Assembly: GCA_022340775.1 (NCBI GenBank)
Contig: JAJDNH010000088.1
Coordinates: 13,464-77,463, forward strand
Length of the DNA: 64,000 nt
From: Acidobacteriota bacterium
GTDB taxonomy: Bacteria; Acidobacteriota; Thermoanaerobaculia; Thermoanaerobaculales; Sulfomarinibacteraceae
Direction: 5' to 3'
The position numbers and the translations under genes were made by a program. Positions 1 to 6,263 of the stretch are shown here, piece after piece. The notes under the pieces were generated by a model, which was not told the DNA's origin, did no database searches, and was given only the letters and a program-made list of their open reading frames with translations. Within the stretch, counting starts at the first letter, position 1. Every line of letters starts with the position of its first letter.

Positions 1-285
1 GCCGAGTACGTCCACCTGCGCGACCCGCGCGGCGCCGGCTTCGAGCCCACCCGGCTCACCTCCGGCTATAGCTGGAACCAGGGGATCGCCGTCTACGAGG
101 AGGTCCGCGACTCGGGCGAGAACTTCTTCTTCGAGCAGCTTCCCGCCGGCCAGTACACGTTCACCTACCGCCTGCGCGCTGCCACTGCCGGCACCTTCCG
201 CGTCGGCCCCGCAACGCTGCAGTCGATGTACGCCCCGGAGTTCACGGCCTACTCGTCCGGCGCCCTGCTGAAGGTCACGCAGTGA
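1..285 (+). CDS. alpha-2-macroglobulin family protein, C-terminal fragment (5' end outside window)
   Basis: Frame 1 is open from base 1 to TGA 283-285. The tail GFEPTRLTSGYSWNQGIAVYEEVRDSGENFFFEQLPAGQYTFTYRLRAATAGTFRVGPATLQSMYAPEF resembles the conserved C-terminus of bacterial alpha-2-macroglobulins. It is absent from the ORF track because it has no start in the window. Confidence 0.65.
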   Translation, partial: AEYVHLRDPRGAGFEPTRLTSGYSWNQGIAVYEEVRDSGENFFFEQLPAGQYTFTYRLRAATAGTFRVGPATLQSMYAPEFTAYSSGALLKVTQ

Positions 286-307
286 GGTCCACCGAGCGAG
301 CCGTCCC

Positions 308-411
308 GTAGGCGGGTGCTTCAGCGCCCGCCCCCAAGATCGTCGGGCGAGCCCGGTAAGACCTGGTCCCGCCGGAGGAGTCTGGGGGCGCGCCCTGAAG
401 GACGCGCCTAC
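308..411 (+). repeat. REP-doublet (REPIN-like) element, copy 1
   Basis: Left arm is GTAGGCGGGTGCTTCAGCGCCCGCC. The right arm reads GTAGGCGCGTCCTTCAGGGCGCGCC on the opposite strand. A ~50-nt spacer separates them. Near-identical copies lie at 7393, 9107, 14475 and 24273. Confidence 0.85.
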
Positions 412-450
412 CAACTCCTTTTTTTGGTGGCAGGGGGCGTCTCGCCCGCT

Positions 451-582
451 GGGGTGGGCGGGGGAGCGTTCCCCTTCTCCCGTCTCCCGTTTCCCTTCCC
501 GGTCGGGCGGGGGCACGTCTCGCGTCTTACGTCTCGCGTCTAGCGATCTCCGGGCGGGCGGGGATCTCCGTCGCTCCCTCCA
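451..582 (+). repeat. G-box/tandem-word cassette array (3 modules), preceded by conserved hairpin at 431-451
   Basis: GGGGTGGGCGGGGG is followed by a CCGTYTC-type word run. GGGCGGGGG is followed by a GTCTCGC/GTCTAGC word run. GGGCGGGCGGGG is followed by a CTCCGTC-type run. The same cassettes recur in other intergenic gaps. Confidence 0.8.
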
Positions 583-624
583 CCTGTATAGTGGACGCAG
601 CCACGGCATCCAGGGGAGGAGCGC

Positions 625-1914
625 ATCGCACACCTGACCGTACGATCGGCCTACCGCCGCCTGACCGACCGGATCAACCGGTTTCCGCAGGGCGCGCCGC
701 CCTCCCACCTGCTCTACCAGATCCTGGAGCTGCTCTTCTCCGAGGAGGAGGCGGAGCTGGTCTCGCTGCTGCCGATCCGCCCCTTCACCGTCTCTACCGC
801 GGCCCGGGCGTGGAAGAAGAACGAGGCGGAGGCGCAGGCTGTCCTCGACAACCTGGCGTCGAGGGGGATCCTGCTGGACATCGTTTCCGAGCGCACCGGT
901 ACCACCCGCTACGTGCTGCCGCCGCCGATGGCGGGGTTCTTCGAGTTTTCCATGATGCGGGTGCGGGACGACCTCGATCAGAAGCTGCTGTCCGAGCTCT
1001 ACTACCAGTACATCACGGTCGAGGACGACTTCATCAAGGCTCTTTTCACCAAAGGAGAAACCCAGCTGGGGAGGACCTTCGTCAACGAGAGGGCGCTCCC
1101 CGCGGAGCCGTCGCTGGAGGTACTCGACTACGAGCGGGCCACCCAGGTGATCCGCACCGCCTCCCACATCGGCGTCGGGGTCTGTTACTGCCGGCACAAG
1201 GCGCAGCACCTCGGAGAGGCCTGCGACGCCCCGATGAACATCTGCATGACCTTCAACGCCGTGGCCGCCTCCCTGACCCGCCACGGGGTCGCCCGCACCA
1301 TCGACCGCTCCGAGTGCATGGACCTGCTCGACCTGGCCCGCGATGAGAACCTGGTCCAGTTCGGCGAGAACGTGCGAGAGGGGGTGAGCTTCATCTGCAA
1401 CTGCTGCGGCTGCTGCTGCGAGGCGATGATCGCGGCGCGGCGGTTCGGCATGCTGCACCCGGTCCACACCACCAACTACCTGCCCGAGGTCGACACCGAG
1501 GCCTGTGCCGGCTGCGGCAAGTGCGCCGAGGTCTGTCCCGTCGAGGCCATGGGCACGGTGTCCGCCAACGACCCGCACAAGCCCAAGCGGAAGATGGCCC
1601 GTCTCGACACCGACATCTGCCTCGGCTGCGGCGTGTGCGTCCGCACCTGCCCGTCATCCGCCCTCAGGCTGGTGCCCCGAGCCCAACGGGTGCTGCCGCC
1701 GCTGAGCGGCACCCACAAGGCCGTGGTGATGGCGATCGAGAGAGGCAAGCTGCAGAACCTGATCTTCGACCACGGTGCCCTCGCCAGCCACCGCGCCATG
1801 GCGGCCATCCTCGGCGTGGTGCTGAAGCTGCCTCCCGTGAAACAGGCCCTCGCGTCCCGGCAGCTCCAGTCACGCTACCTGGAGCGCCTCATCGCCCGCT
1901 ACGACGACCACTGA
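625..1914 (+). CDS. 4Fe-4S dicluster domain protein with CNCCGCCC cysteine cluster; start codon uncertain
   Basis: The track ORF 913..1914 carries CAGCGKCAEVCP and CLGCGVCVRTCP ferredoxin motifs plus FICNCCGCCCEAM. The frame is open and protein-like back to 592 (AYRRLTDRINRFPQGAPPSHLLYQILELLFSEEEAELVSLLP) but has no ATG/GTG/TTG. SD GGGGAGGAG at 613-621 precedes ATC 625. GTG 913 is the first canonical start. Confidence 0.7.
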   Translation: MAHLTVRSAYRRLTDRINRFPQGAPPSHLLYQILELLFSEEEAELVSLLPIRPFTVSTAARAWKKNEAEAQAVLDNLASRGILLDIVSERTGTTRYVLPPPMAGFFEFSMMRVRDDLDQKLLSELYYQYITVEDDFIKALFTKGETQLGRTFVNERALPAEPSLEVLDYERATQVIRTASHIGVGVCYCRHKAQHLGEACDAPMNICMTFNAVAASLTRHGVARTIDRSECMDLLDLARDENLVQFGENVREGVSFICNCCGCCCEAMIAARRFGMLHPVHTTNYLPEVDTEACAGCGKCAEVCPVEAMGTVSANDPHKPKRKMARLDTDICLGCGVCVRTCPSSALRLVPRAQRVLPPLSGTHKAVVMAIERGKLQNLIFDHGALASHRAMAAILGVVLKLPPVKQALASRQLQSRYLERLIARYDDH

Positions 1915-1925
1915 GGCCGCGCCCA

Positions 1926-2050
1926 CCAACCCCCTTCTTTGGTGGCAGCGGGCGTCTCGCCCGCTGGTGTGGGTGGGGCACCGATGAAGCTGCTACCGCG
2001 GGGATTCGCGAGCCCCCCACCCGGGCAGGCGGGACGCCGCCCCCACCACG
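1926..2050 (+). repeat. Conserved hairpin element (1946-1966, CAGCGGGCG-TCT-CGCCCGCTG) plus degenerate G-/C-boxes
   Basis: CCAACCCCCTTCTTTGGTGGCAGCGGGCGTCTCGCCCGCTGGTGTGGGTGGGG matches the segments that follow the REP doublets at 412-460, 2604-2653, 9211-9262 and 14578-14628. Confidence 0.7.
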
Positions 2051-2078
2051 ATCAGGGGTCGCGAGTGAATGATGCGGG

Positions 2079-2318
2079 CTAGAGCCCTTCGATGAGTGCA
2101 TCCCGGCTCTCACCTTTGTGGGCAGCTACGGCGCGCAGCACGGCCGCCAATGTGCCGACACGGAGAGGATGATGGTCGGGTACCACAACGCGGTGGCAAC
2201 TTGGCTCGGAAGTCTCCAGGACCACGTGGCTCCCGACCTGGTGAATCCTGTGATACCCCCATCTCCGACAGAGATGGCGGATCAGTTCCTCGCCATCCAG
2301 ATTCCGCGGCAGCTTCAT
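2079..2318 (-). CDS. hicA: type II toxin HicA (mRNA interferase)
   Basis: 79 aa with LPRNLDGEELIRHLCRRWGYHRIHQVGSHVVLE, typical of the HicA/YcfA fold. It overlaps the upstream antitoxin gene by 4 nt. Confidence 0.8.
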   Translation of the reverse strand: MKLPRNLDGEELIRHLCRRWGYHRIHQVGSHVVLETSEPSCHRVVVPDHHPLRVGTLAAVLRAVAAHKGESRDALIEGL

Positions 2319-2527
2319 CCTACGGCGATCAGCTCGTCGCGCCTCAGGTGCAACCTGACGGCAGAAGGCTTCTCGTCATCGAAGAAGTAGGCACTGACGG
2401 CTTCGAGGACGCTGGCGCGAAGCTCATCCCAGGTGTCCCCCTGAGTGAAGATCGGCTCCGTGAGACACTCGGCCACGAAGCCGCCATCCACCTCCTGCAT
2501 GACATCGAACACCAGCTCACTCTTCAT
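2315..2527 (-). CDS. hicB: HicB-like antitoxin (short form, no obvious DNA-binding domain)
   Basis: 70 aa starting MKSELVFDVMQEVDGGFVAECLTEPIFTQGDTWDEL, which resembles the HicB/UPF0150 N-domain. It is coupled to hicA through an ATGA overlap. Confidence 0.7.
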   Translation of the reverse strand: MKSELVFDVMQEVDGGFVAECLTEPIFTQGDTWDELRASVLEAVSAYFFDDEKPSAVRLHLRRDELIAVG

Positions 2528-2533
2528 GAAGCC

Positions 2534-2567
2534 ATTGTAGGTGCAATGGCCGAGCTGGTCGAGCCAA
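2534..2567 (-). promoter_or_regulatory. Putative hicBA promoter with inverted repeat; possibly leaderless
   Basis: On the minus strand the sequence reads TCGACC-N17-TACAAT-GGCTTC-ATG. There is no SD before the ATG. CCATTG-N6-CAATGG overlaps the -10. Confidence 0.3.
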
Positions 2568-2575
2568 AGCGGCCC

Positions 2576-2603
2576 GGGGGCGCGCCCTGAAGGACGCGCC
2601 TAC
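2576..2603 (+). repeat. Solo right-arm REP (truncated REP doublet)
   Basis: GGGGGCGCGCCCTGAAGGACGCGCCTAC is identical to the right arm of the full elements. The left arm and spacer are missing and hicBA lies directly to the left. Confidence 0.75.
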
Positions 2604-2653
2604 CAACGCCATTCTTTGGTAGCAGCGGGCGTCCCGCCCGCTGGGGTGGGTGG

Positions 2654-2741
2654 GTACGTCTGCAGCGGCAAGACCGGTCATCCCGAGCACCCCAAAGTGT
2701 CATCCTGATGAGGGAGCGCAGCGACCGAAGAAGGATCTGGG
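2654..2741 (+). repeat. ~88-nt intergenic element E3, copy 1
   Basis: GTACGTCTGCAGCGGCAAGACCGGTCATCCCGAGCACCCCAAAGTGTCATCCTGATGAGGGAGCGCAGCGACCGAAGAAGGATCTGGG is nearly identical to 14629-14716. A diverged inverted partial copy lies at 24178-24240. Confidence 0.8.
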
Positions 2742-3030
2742 TGGGCGGGGGTCTCCGTCACCGGGTGGGCGGGGGAACCTCATCACCTAATCACTCAATC
2801 ACTTAATTACCGGGTGGGCGGGGGGAGCGTCCCCCGTCTCCCGTTTCCCGTCTTCCCTCCCGGGCGGGGGGGGCACGTCTCGCGTCTCGCGTCTCGCGTC
2901 TTGCGCTCTTCCGGGTGGCCGGGGCCTCCGTCACTTCATCACTCCGTCACTCCGTCACCGGGTGGGCGGGGGCACGTCTCGCGTCTTGCTTCTCGCGTCT
3001 AGCGATCTCCCCGGGCGGGCGGGGGGGCTG
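2742..3030 (+). repeat. G-box/tandem-word cassette array (about 7 modules)
   Basis: Successive CCGGGTGGGCGGGGG-like boxes are each followed by a cassette. The cassettes here are CTCCGTCAC, CCTCATCACCTAATCACTCAATCACTTAAT, CCCGTCTCCCGTTTCCCGTCTTCCC and GTCTCGCGTCTCGCGTCTCGCGTCTTGCG. Confidence 0.85.
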
Positions 3031-3070
3031 CCCCCACAACGGTCAGTGGAGCGCAAGTGAGTGACGCGGT

Positions 3071-3724
3071 CTACTCGTACCTGTGGAACAGCGATTGGTG
3101 CCTCAGCTCGATCATCTCCGGACGGCCCCCGGCCATGTAGACGCGGGTCACGCAGCACCCGAGCGAGGGCACGGGGCAGCTGCTGAGCTCCAGGCAGTCC
3201 CCTCCCACCATCCAAGAGGAGCGGTAGAGGTTGCGGAGCTGCCCGACGTCCATGTCGGTCAGAGGCCGACCGTCGACCTTCAACGGCAGCAGGGTCGCGA
3301 AGTGAGCGCGGGCGCCGGCGGCCATCAGCGGCATGCGCGGAGCGATCACCAGCTGCAACGGGATCACCACCGACGTGACCGCCCACTCGGCGCTGGGCTT
3401 GGTCTCCTGCTGACCCCGGTAGTCGGGATGCGTGAAAACGCCAAACCCGCGGTCCGGCCAGAAGAAGAACGTGTGACCGCCGTCCGCCTCCTGGACGGTC
3501 GCGGCCTTGCCGTACGCCGCCTCCCACGAGCTGAGAGGGTCGAGCACCCGCGGCGCGCCGCTCGGCCGTGAGTCCAGGAACGCCCTGCCGACGGCGCCGT
3601 GCCGGGCGAGAAGGCACGGCAGCAGCACGACGAACGCGCCGACGAGGAAGATAGCGATCACGACCCAGAGGACCTGCTTCCCGAACCCGCCGCGCCTGCC
3701 GGTCTCGCTTCGCTCTTCTTGCAT
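3071..3724 (-). CDS. hypothetical membrane-anchored protein
   Basis: Start is trimmed to ATG 3724, preceded by GGAGGAC. One N-terminal TM helix (VLWVVIAIFLVGAFVVLLPCLL) is present. No family recognised. Confidence 0.55.
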   Translation of the reverse strand: MQEERSETGRRGGFGKQVLWVVIAIFLVGAFVVLLPCLLARHGAVGRAFLDSRPSGAPRVLDPLSSWEAAYGKAATVQEADGGHTFFFWPDRGFGVFTHPDYRGQQETKPSAEWAVTSVVIPLQLVIAPRMPLMAAGARAHFATLLPLKVDGRPLTDMDVGQLRNLYRSSWMVGGDCLELSSCPVPSLGCCVTRVYMAGGRPEMIELRHQSLFHRYE

Positions 3725-3909
3725 CACGTCCTCCAATCCCCAACTCCCGCACTGCCCGGTGTCAACGAACGGTGGCCGCGGGGTACGCCTCGGCCGCCTG
3801 TGCGCCGACGGCAGGGCCCCGCAGGCCGAGCAGGAGTCCACCGCACTTGGAAGTCATATCCCGAGTATATCGCCGGCCGGCCTGGCCGCAAGGACGCTGA
3901 GACGGGGTC

Positions 3910-3939
3910 TTGACAATCGACTGTTCTGAGCATATGCTC
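3910..3939 (+). promoter_or_regulatory. Sigma-70-type promoter with overlapping 12-bp palindrome, upstream of the DUF134 operon
   Basis: TTGACA (3910-3915), N17, TATGCT (3933-3938). The perfect palindrome GAGCATATGCTC (3928-3939) covers the -10. Confidence 0.55.
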
Positions 3940-3955
3940 GAAACAGGGAGGGAAC

Positions 3956-4357
3956 TTGGCACGACCGGAGAAGCTCAGAAAGGTCGGTTGGGACGGCGAG
4001 GTCAGCGGCTTCAAGCCGGTCGGTGTACCGGCCTCCGGGCTCCAGGTCGAGACCCTGCGTCTCGACGAGCTCGAGGCCCTTCGCCTCGCCGACATGGAGG
4101 GCCTCTACCAGGAAGCCGCCGCCGAGCAGATGGGAATCTCGCGGCAAACCTTCGCGCGCGTTCTCGGCCGTGCGCGATCAACCGTCGCCAGGGCCGTCGT
4201 CGAGGGCAAGCTCCTGGTGATCGGCGAAGGCCCGGTCGTCACCAGATCCGACGGCACGATCCCGTGCCCGGTTCACGGGATGGGCCGCAGACGGGGTCGT
4301 GGCTGCCGCTGTGGCAGCGGCCGCGGGCGGCACGGACACGGCGCGGACCGGCGCTGA
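3956..4357 (+). CDS. DUF134 (UPF0251) putative DNA-binding protein
   Basis: TTG start after GGGAGGG. The segment RLDELEALRLADMEGLYQEAAAEQMGISRQTFARVLGRARSTVARAV is a sigma-70 region-4-like HTH typical of DUF134. Confidence 0.75.
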   Translation: MARPEKLRKVGWDGEVSGFKPVGVPASGLQVETLRLDELEALRLADMEGLYQEAAAEQMGISRQTFARVLGRARSTVARAVVEGKLLVIGEGPVVTRSDGTIPCPVHGMGRRRGRGCRCGSGRGRHGHGADRR

Positions 4358-4374
4358 GAAAAGGAGGAACGACA

Positions 4375-4782
4375 ATGCCTGGAGGAGACAGAACCGGACC
4401 GAGGGGAACCGGACCGATGACGGGCTGGGGCCGCGGCTACTGCGGCGGCTCGGCGCCCGCGCGCGGCTTCGGAGGGGCCTACGGCGGCCGCGGCCGCGGG
4501 GCGGCCTGGGGCCGGGGCGGGGGCGGCGGCAGGGGCTGGCGTCACCGCTTCTGGGCCACCGGTGAGCCCGGCTGGGCCCGCGGCCGCTGGGGCTTCCCCG
4601 AGCTCATCGAAGACGAGCCGCCGCCGGCAACCGAGAAGCAGTACCTCGCCGAGCGCCGCCGGCTCCTCAGGTCCGAGCTGCAGGCCATCAAGATGCGGCT
4701 GAACGAGCTCGACGCCGCCGAGGCCGAGGGCCACGGAACAACCGGGCGCCAGGCGCCCCCCGACGAAGGTGAGCAGGAATGA
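4375..4782 (+). CDS. DUF5320 domain protein (Gly/Arg-rich N-terminus, C-terminal coiled coil)
   Basis: ATG 4375 follows AAGGAGGA. MPGGDRTGPRGTGPMTGWGRGYCGG and GRGWRHRFWATGEPGWARG match my recollection of DUF5320. Confidence 0.7.
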   Translation: MPGGDRTGPRGTGPMTGWGRGYCGGSAPARGFGGAYGGRGRGAAWGRGGGGGRGWRHRFWATGEPGWARGRWGFPELIEDEPPPATEKQYLAERRRLLRSELQAIKMRLNELDAAEAEGHGTTGRQAPPDEGEQE

Positions 4783-5141
4783 AGATCGTCCTGACGGCAA
4801 CCGGTGAGGTTCTGGACAGCCAACTCGATCCGCGTTTCGGGCGGGCACCCTGGTTCATCCTGGTCGACACGGACAGCGGCGACATACAGACGGTCGAGAA
4901 CTCCTCAGGAGTCGAGGCGGAGCAGGGCGCGGGCGTCCAGGCGGCCGAGGTCGTGTCTCGTCTCGGCGCCCAGTGCGTGGTCACCGGGCACTGCGGCCCG
5001 AGGGCGTTTCGCGCCCTACAGGCGGCGGGGATCGAGGTCTTCACCGGCGCGTCCGGAACCGTGGCCGAGGCCGTCGAGCAGCTCAAGGCCGGCGCGCTCG
5101 AGAAGGCGCACGGCCCCGACGTGGTGGGACACTGGGCTTGA
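4779..5141 (+). CDS. NifB/NifX-family (Nitro_FeMo-Co domain) cluster-binding protein
   Basis: MKIVLTATGEVLDSQLDPRFGRAPWFILVDTDSG and VVTGHCGPRAFRALQAAGIEVF. ATGA overlap with the upstream gene. Confidence 0.75.
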   Translation: MKIVLTATGEVLDSQLDPRFGRAPWFILVDTDSGDIQTVENSSGVEAEQGAGVQAAEVVSRLGAQCVVTGHCGPRAFRALQAAGIEVFTGASGTVAEAVEQLKAGALEKAHGPDVVGHWA

Positions 5142-6022
5142 GGGTCGCCATCGCCTCCGGCAAGGGCGGCACCGGCAAGACGACCGTGGCAGTCAACCTG
5201 GCCCTGAGCCTGCCGGGCCGGGTGCAGCTCCTCGACTGCGACGTCGAAGCGCCCAACGTCCACCTCTTCCTGCACCCCTCGGTCGAGATCAGCGAGCCGG
5301 CGGGAATCCCGGTGCCGGTCGTCGACCCGGAGCTCTGCAACAACTGCGGCGAGTGCAGCCGGCTCTGCCAGTACAACGCCATCGTCAGCCTGAGCACCGG
5401 CACTCTCGTCTTCCCCGAGCTGTGCCACGGCTGCGGGGGTTGCGCCCTGATCTGCCCCGAGCGCGCCATCACCGAGAAGCTGCGCCCGATCGGGGTCGTC
5501 GAGCAGGGGACGGCGCGAGGGTTGCGGACCGTGCACGGGTGCCTCAACGTCGGCGAGGCCCTGGTGCCGCCGCTCATCCGCCAGGTCAGGGCGAAGGCGG
5601 ACCCGGAGGCGATCGTCCTGATCGACGCGCCGCCCGGCACCTCGTGCCCGATGATCACCGCGGTTCGCGGCTGCGACTACGTCATCCTGGTCACCGAGCC
5701 GACCCCCTTCGGCCTCAACGACCTGGGGCTCGCGGTCGAGGCGGTGCGGGCGCTCGGCATCCCGTGCGGCATCGTCGTCAACCGCGTCGGCATCGGGGAC
5801 GGCCGCGTGCACGACTACTGCGCCGCCGAGAACCTCGAGATCCTGCTCGAGATCCCTGACGACCGCCGGGTTGCCGAGGCGTACGCCCGCGGCATCCCAA
5901 CGCTCGACGCTGTGCCGGAGCTGCGTTCCCGGTTCTTGCAGCTGGCGAGCCGCCTGCGGAACCGGCTGCCGCGAGCAGCCGATGCGGCTCTTCAAAAAGG
6001 AGGCGCGCGTGCCCACCTATGA
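5138..6022 (+). CDS. MinD/ParA-type P-loop ATPase with inserted 2x[4Fe-4S] ferredoxin domain
   Basis: TTG 5138 overlaps the upstream stop (TTGA). Motifs are IASGKGGTGKTT, CNNCGECSRLCQYNAI and CHGCGGCALICPERAI. Confidence 0.8.
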   Translation: MRVAIASGKGGTGKTTVAVNLALSLPGRVQLLDCDVEAPNVHLFLHPSVEISEPAGIPVPVVDPELCNNCGECSRLCQYNAIVSLSTGTLVFPELCHGCGGCALICPERAITEKLRPIGVVEQGTARGLRTVHGCLNVGEALVPPLIRQVRAKADPEAIVLIDAPPGTSCPMITAVRGCDYVILVTEPTPFGLNDLGLAVEAVRALGIPCGIVVNRVGIGDGRVHDYCAAENLEILLEIPDDRRVAEAYARGIPTLDAVPELRSRFLQLASRLRNRLPRAADAALQKGGARAHL

Positions 6023-6263
6023 GTACCTGTGCACCAAGTGCGGACAGCGGTTCGACCTCTTCCAGTCCATGTCCGCGCCGCCGGCTGAGAGCTGTCCGGA
6101 GTGCGGCGGACCGGTCGAGCGCCAGATCGGCGCCGGCGCCGCCATCCTGGTCAGGGGCGGAAGCCGCGAGACCCGCGGCCAACGGGCCGCGGCCTGCGAC
6201 CGCTCGACGCCCTGCTGCGGGCGCGACGAGCGCTGTGACGCCCCACCCTGCGGGGAGCGCTGA
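6009..6263 (+). CDS. FmdB-family zinc-ribbon protein (CxxC...CxxC)
   Basis: GTG 6009 follows AAGGAGG. PTYEYLCTKCGQRFDLFQSMSAPPAESCPECGG. It overlaps the upstream gene by 14 nt. Confidence 0.75.
   Translation: MPTYEYLCTKCGQRFDLFQSMSAPPAESCPECGGPVERQIGAGAAILVRGGSRETRGQRAAACDRSTPCCGRDERCDAPPCGER

Noticed and set aside
316-543. Track ORFs running through repeat loci as small proteins. Examples are 316-543, 2814-3002, 7365-7601, 9088-9315, 14411-14632, 14568-14882, 39826-40404 and 39947-40501, with recurring 'peptides' such as VLQRPPPRSS and GRGHVSRLASRV.
   Set aside because: The similarity is at the DNA-repeat level. Copies differ by indels that break the frame (for example the copy at 14475). 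There is no SD or start context, and the hairpin and tandem-word structure explains the conservation.
591-1346. GTG 591 ORF (251 aa) as the real N-terminus of the Fe-S protein through a frameshift.
   Set aside because: Its translation is Arg/Pro/Gly-rich with no motifs, while the other frame is protein-like throughout 592-1914. No obvious homopolymer slip site joins the two frames.
2700-2741. Hammerhead ribozyme core, because E3 contains CTGATGAG followed by GAA (also at 14675-14716).
   Set aside because: The candidate GUC lies only 3 nt before CUGAUGA, so there is no room for helix I. The putative helix II is only 2+2 bp around tandem mismatches. The base after GAA is G, not the conserved A15.1.
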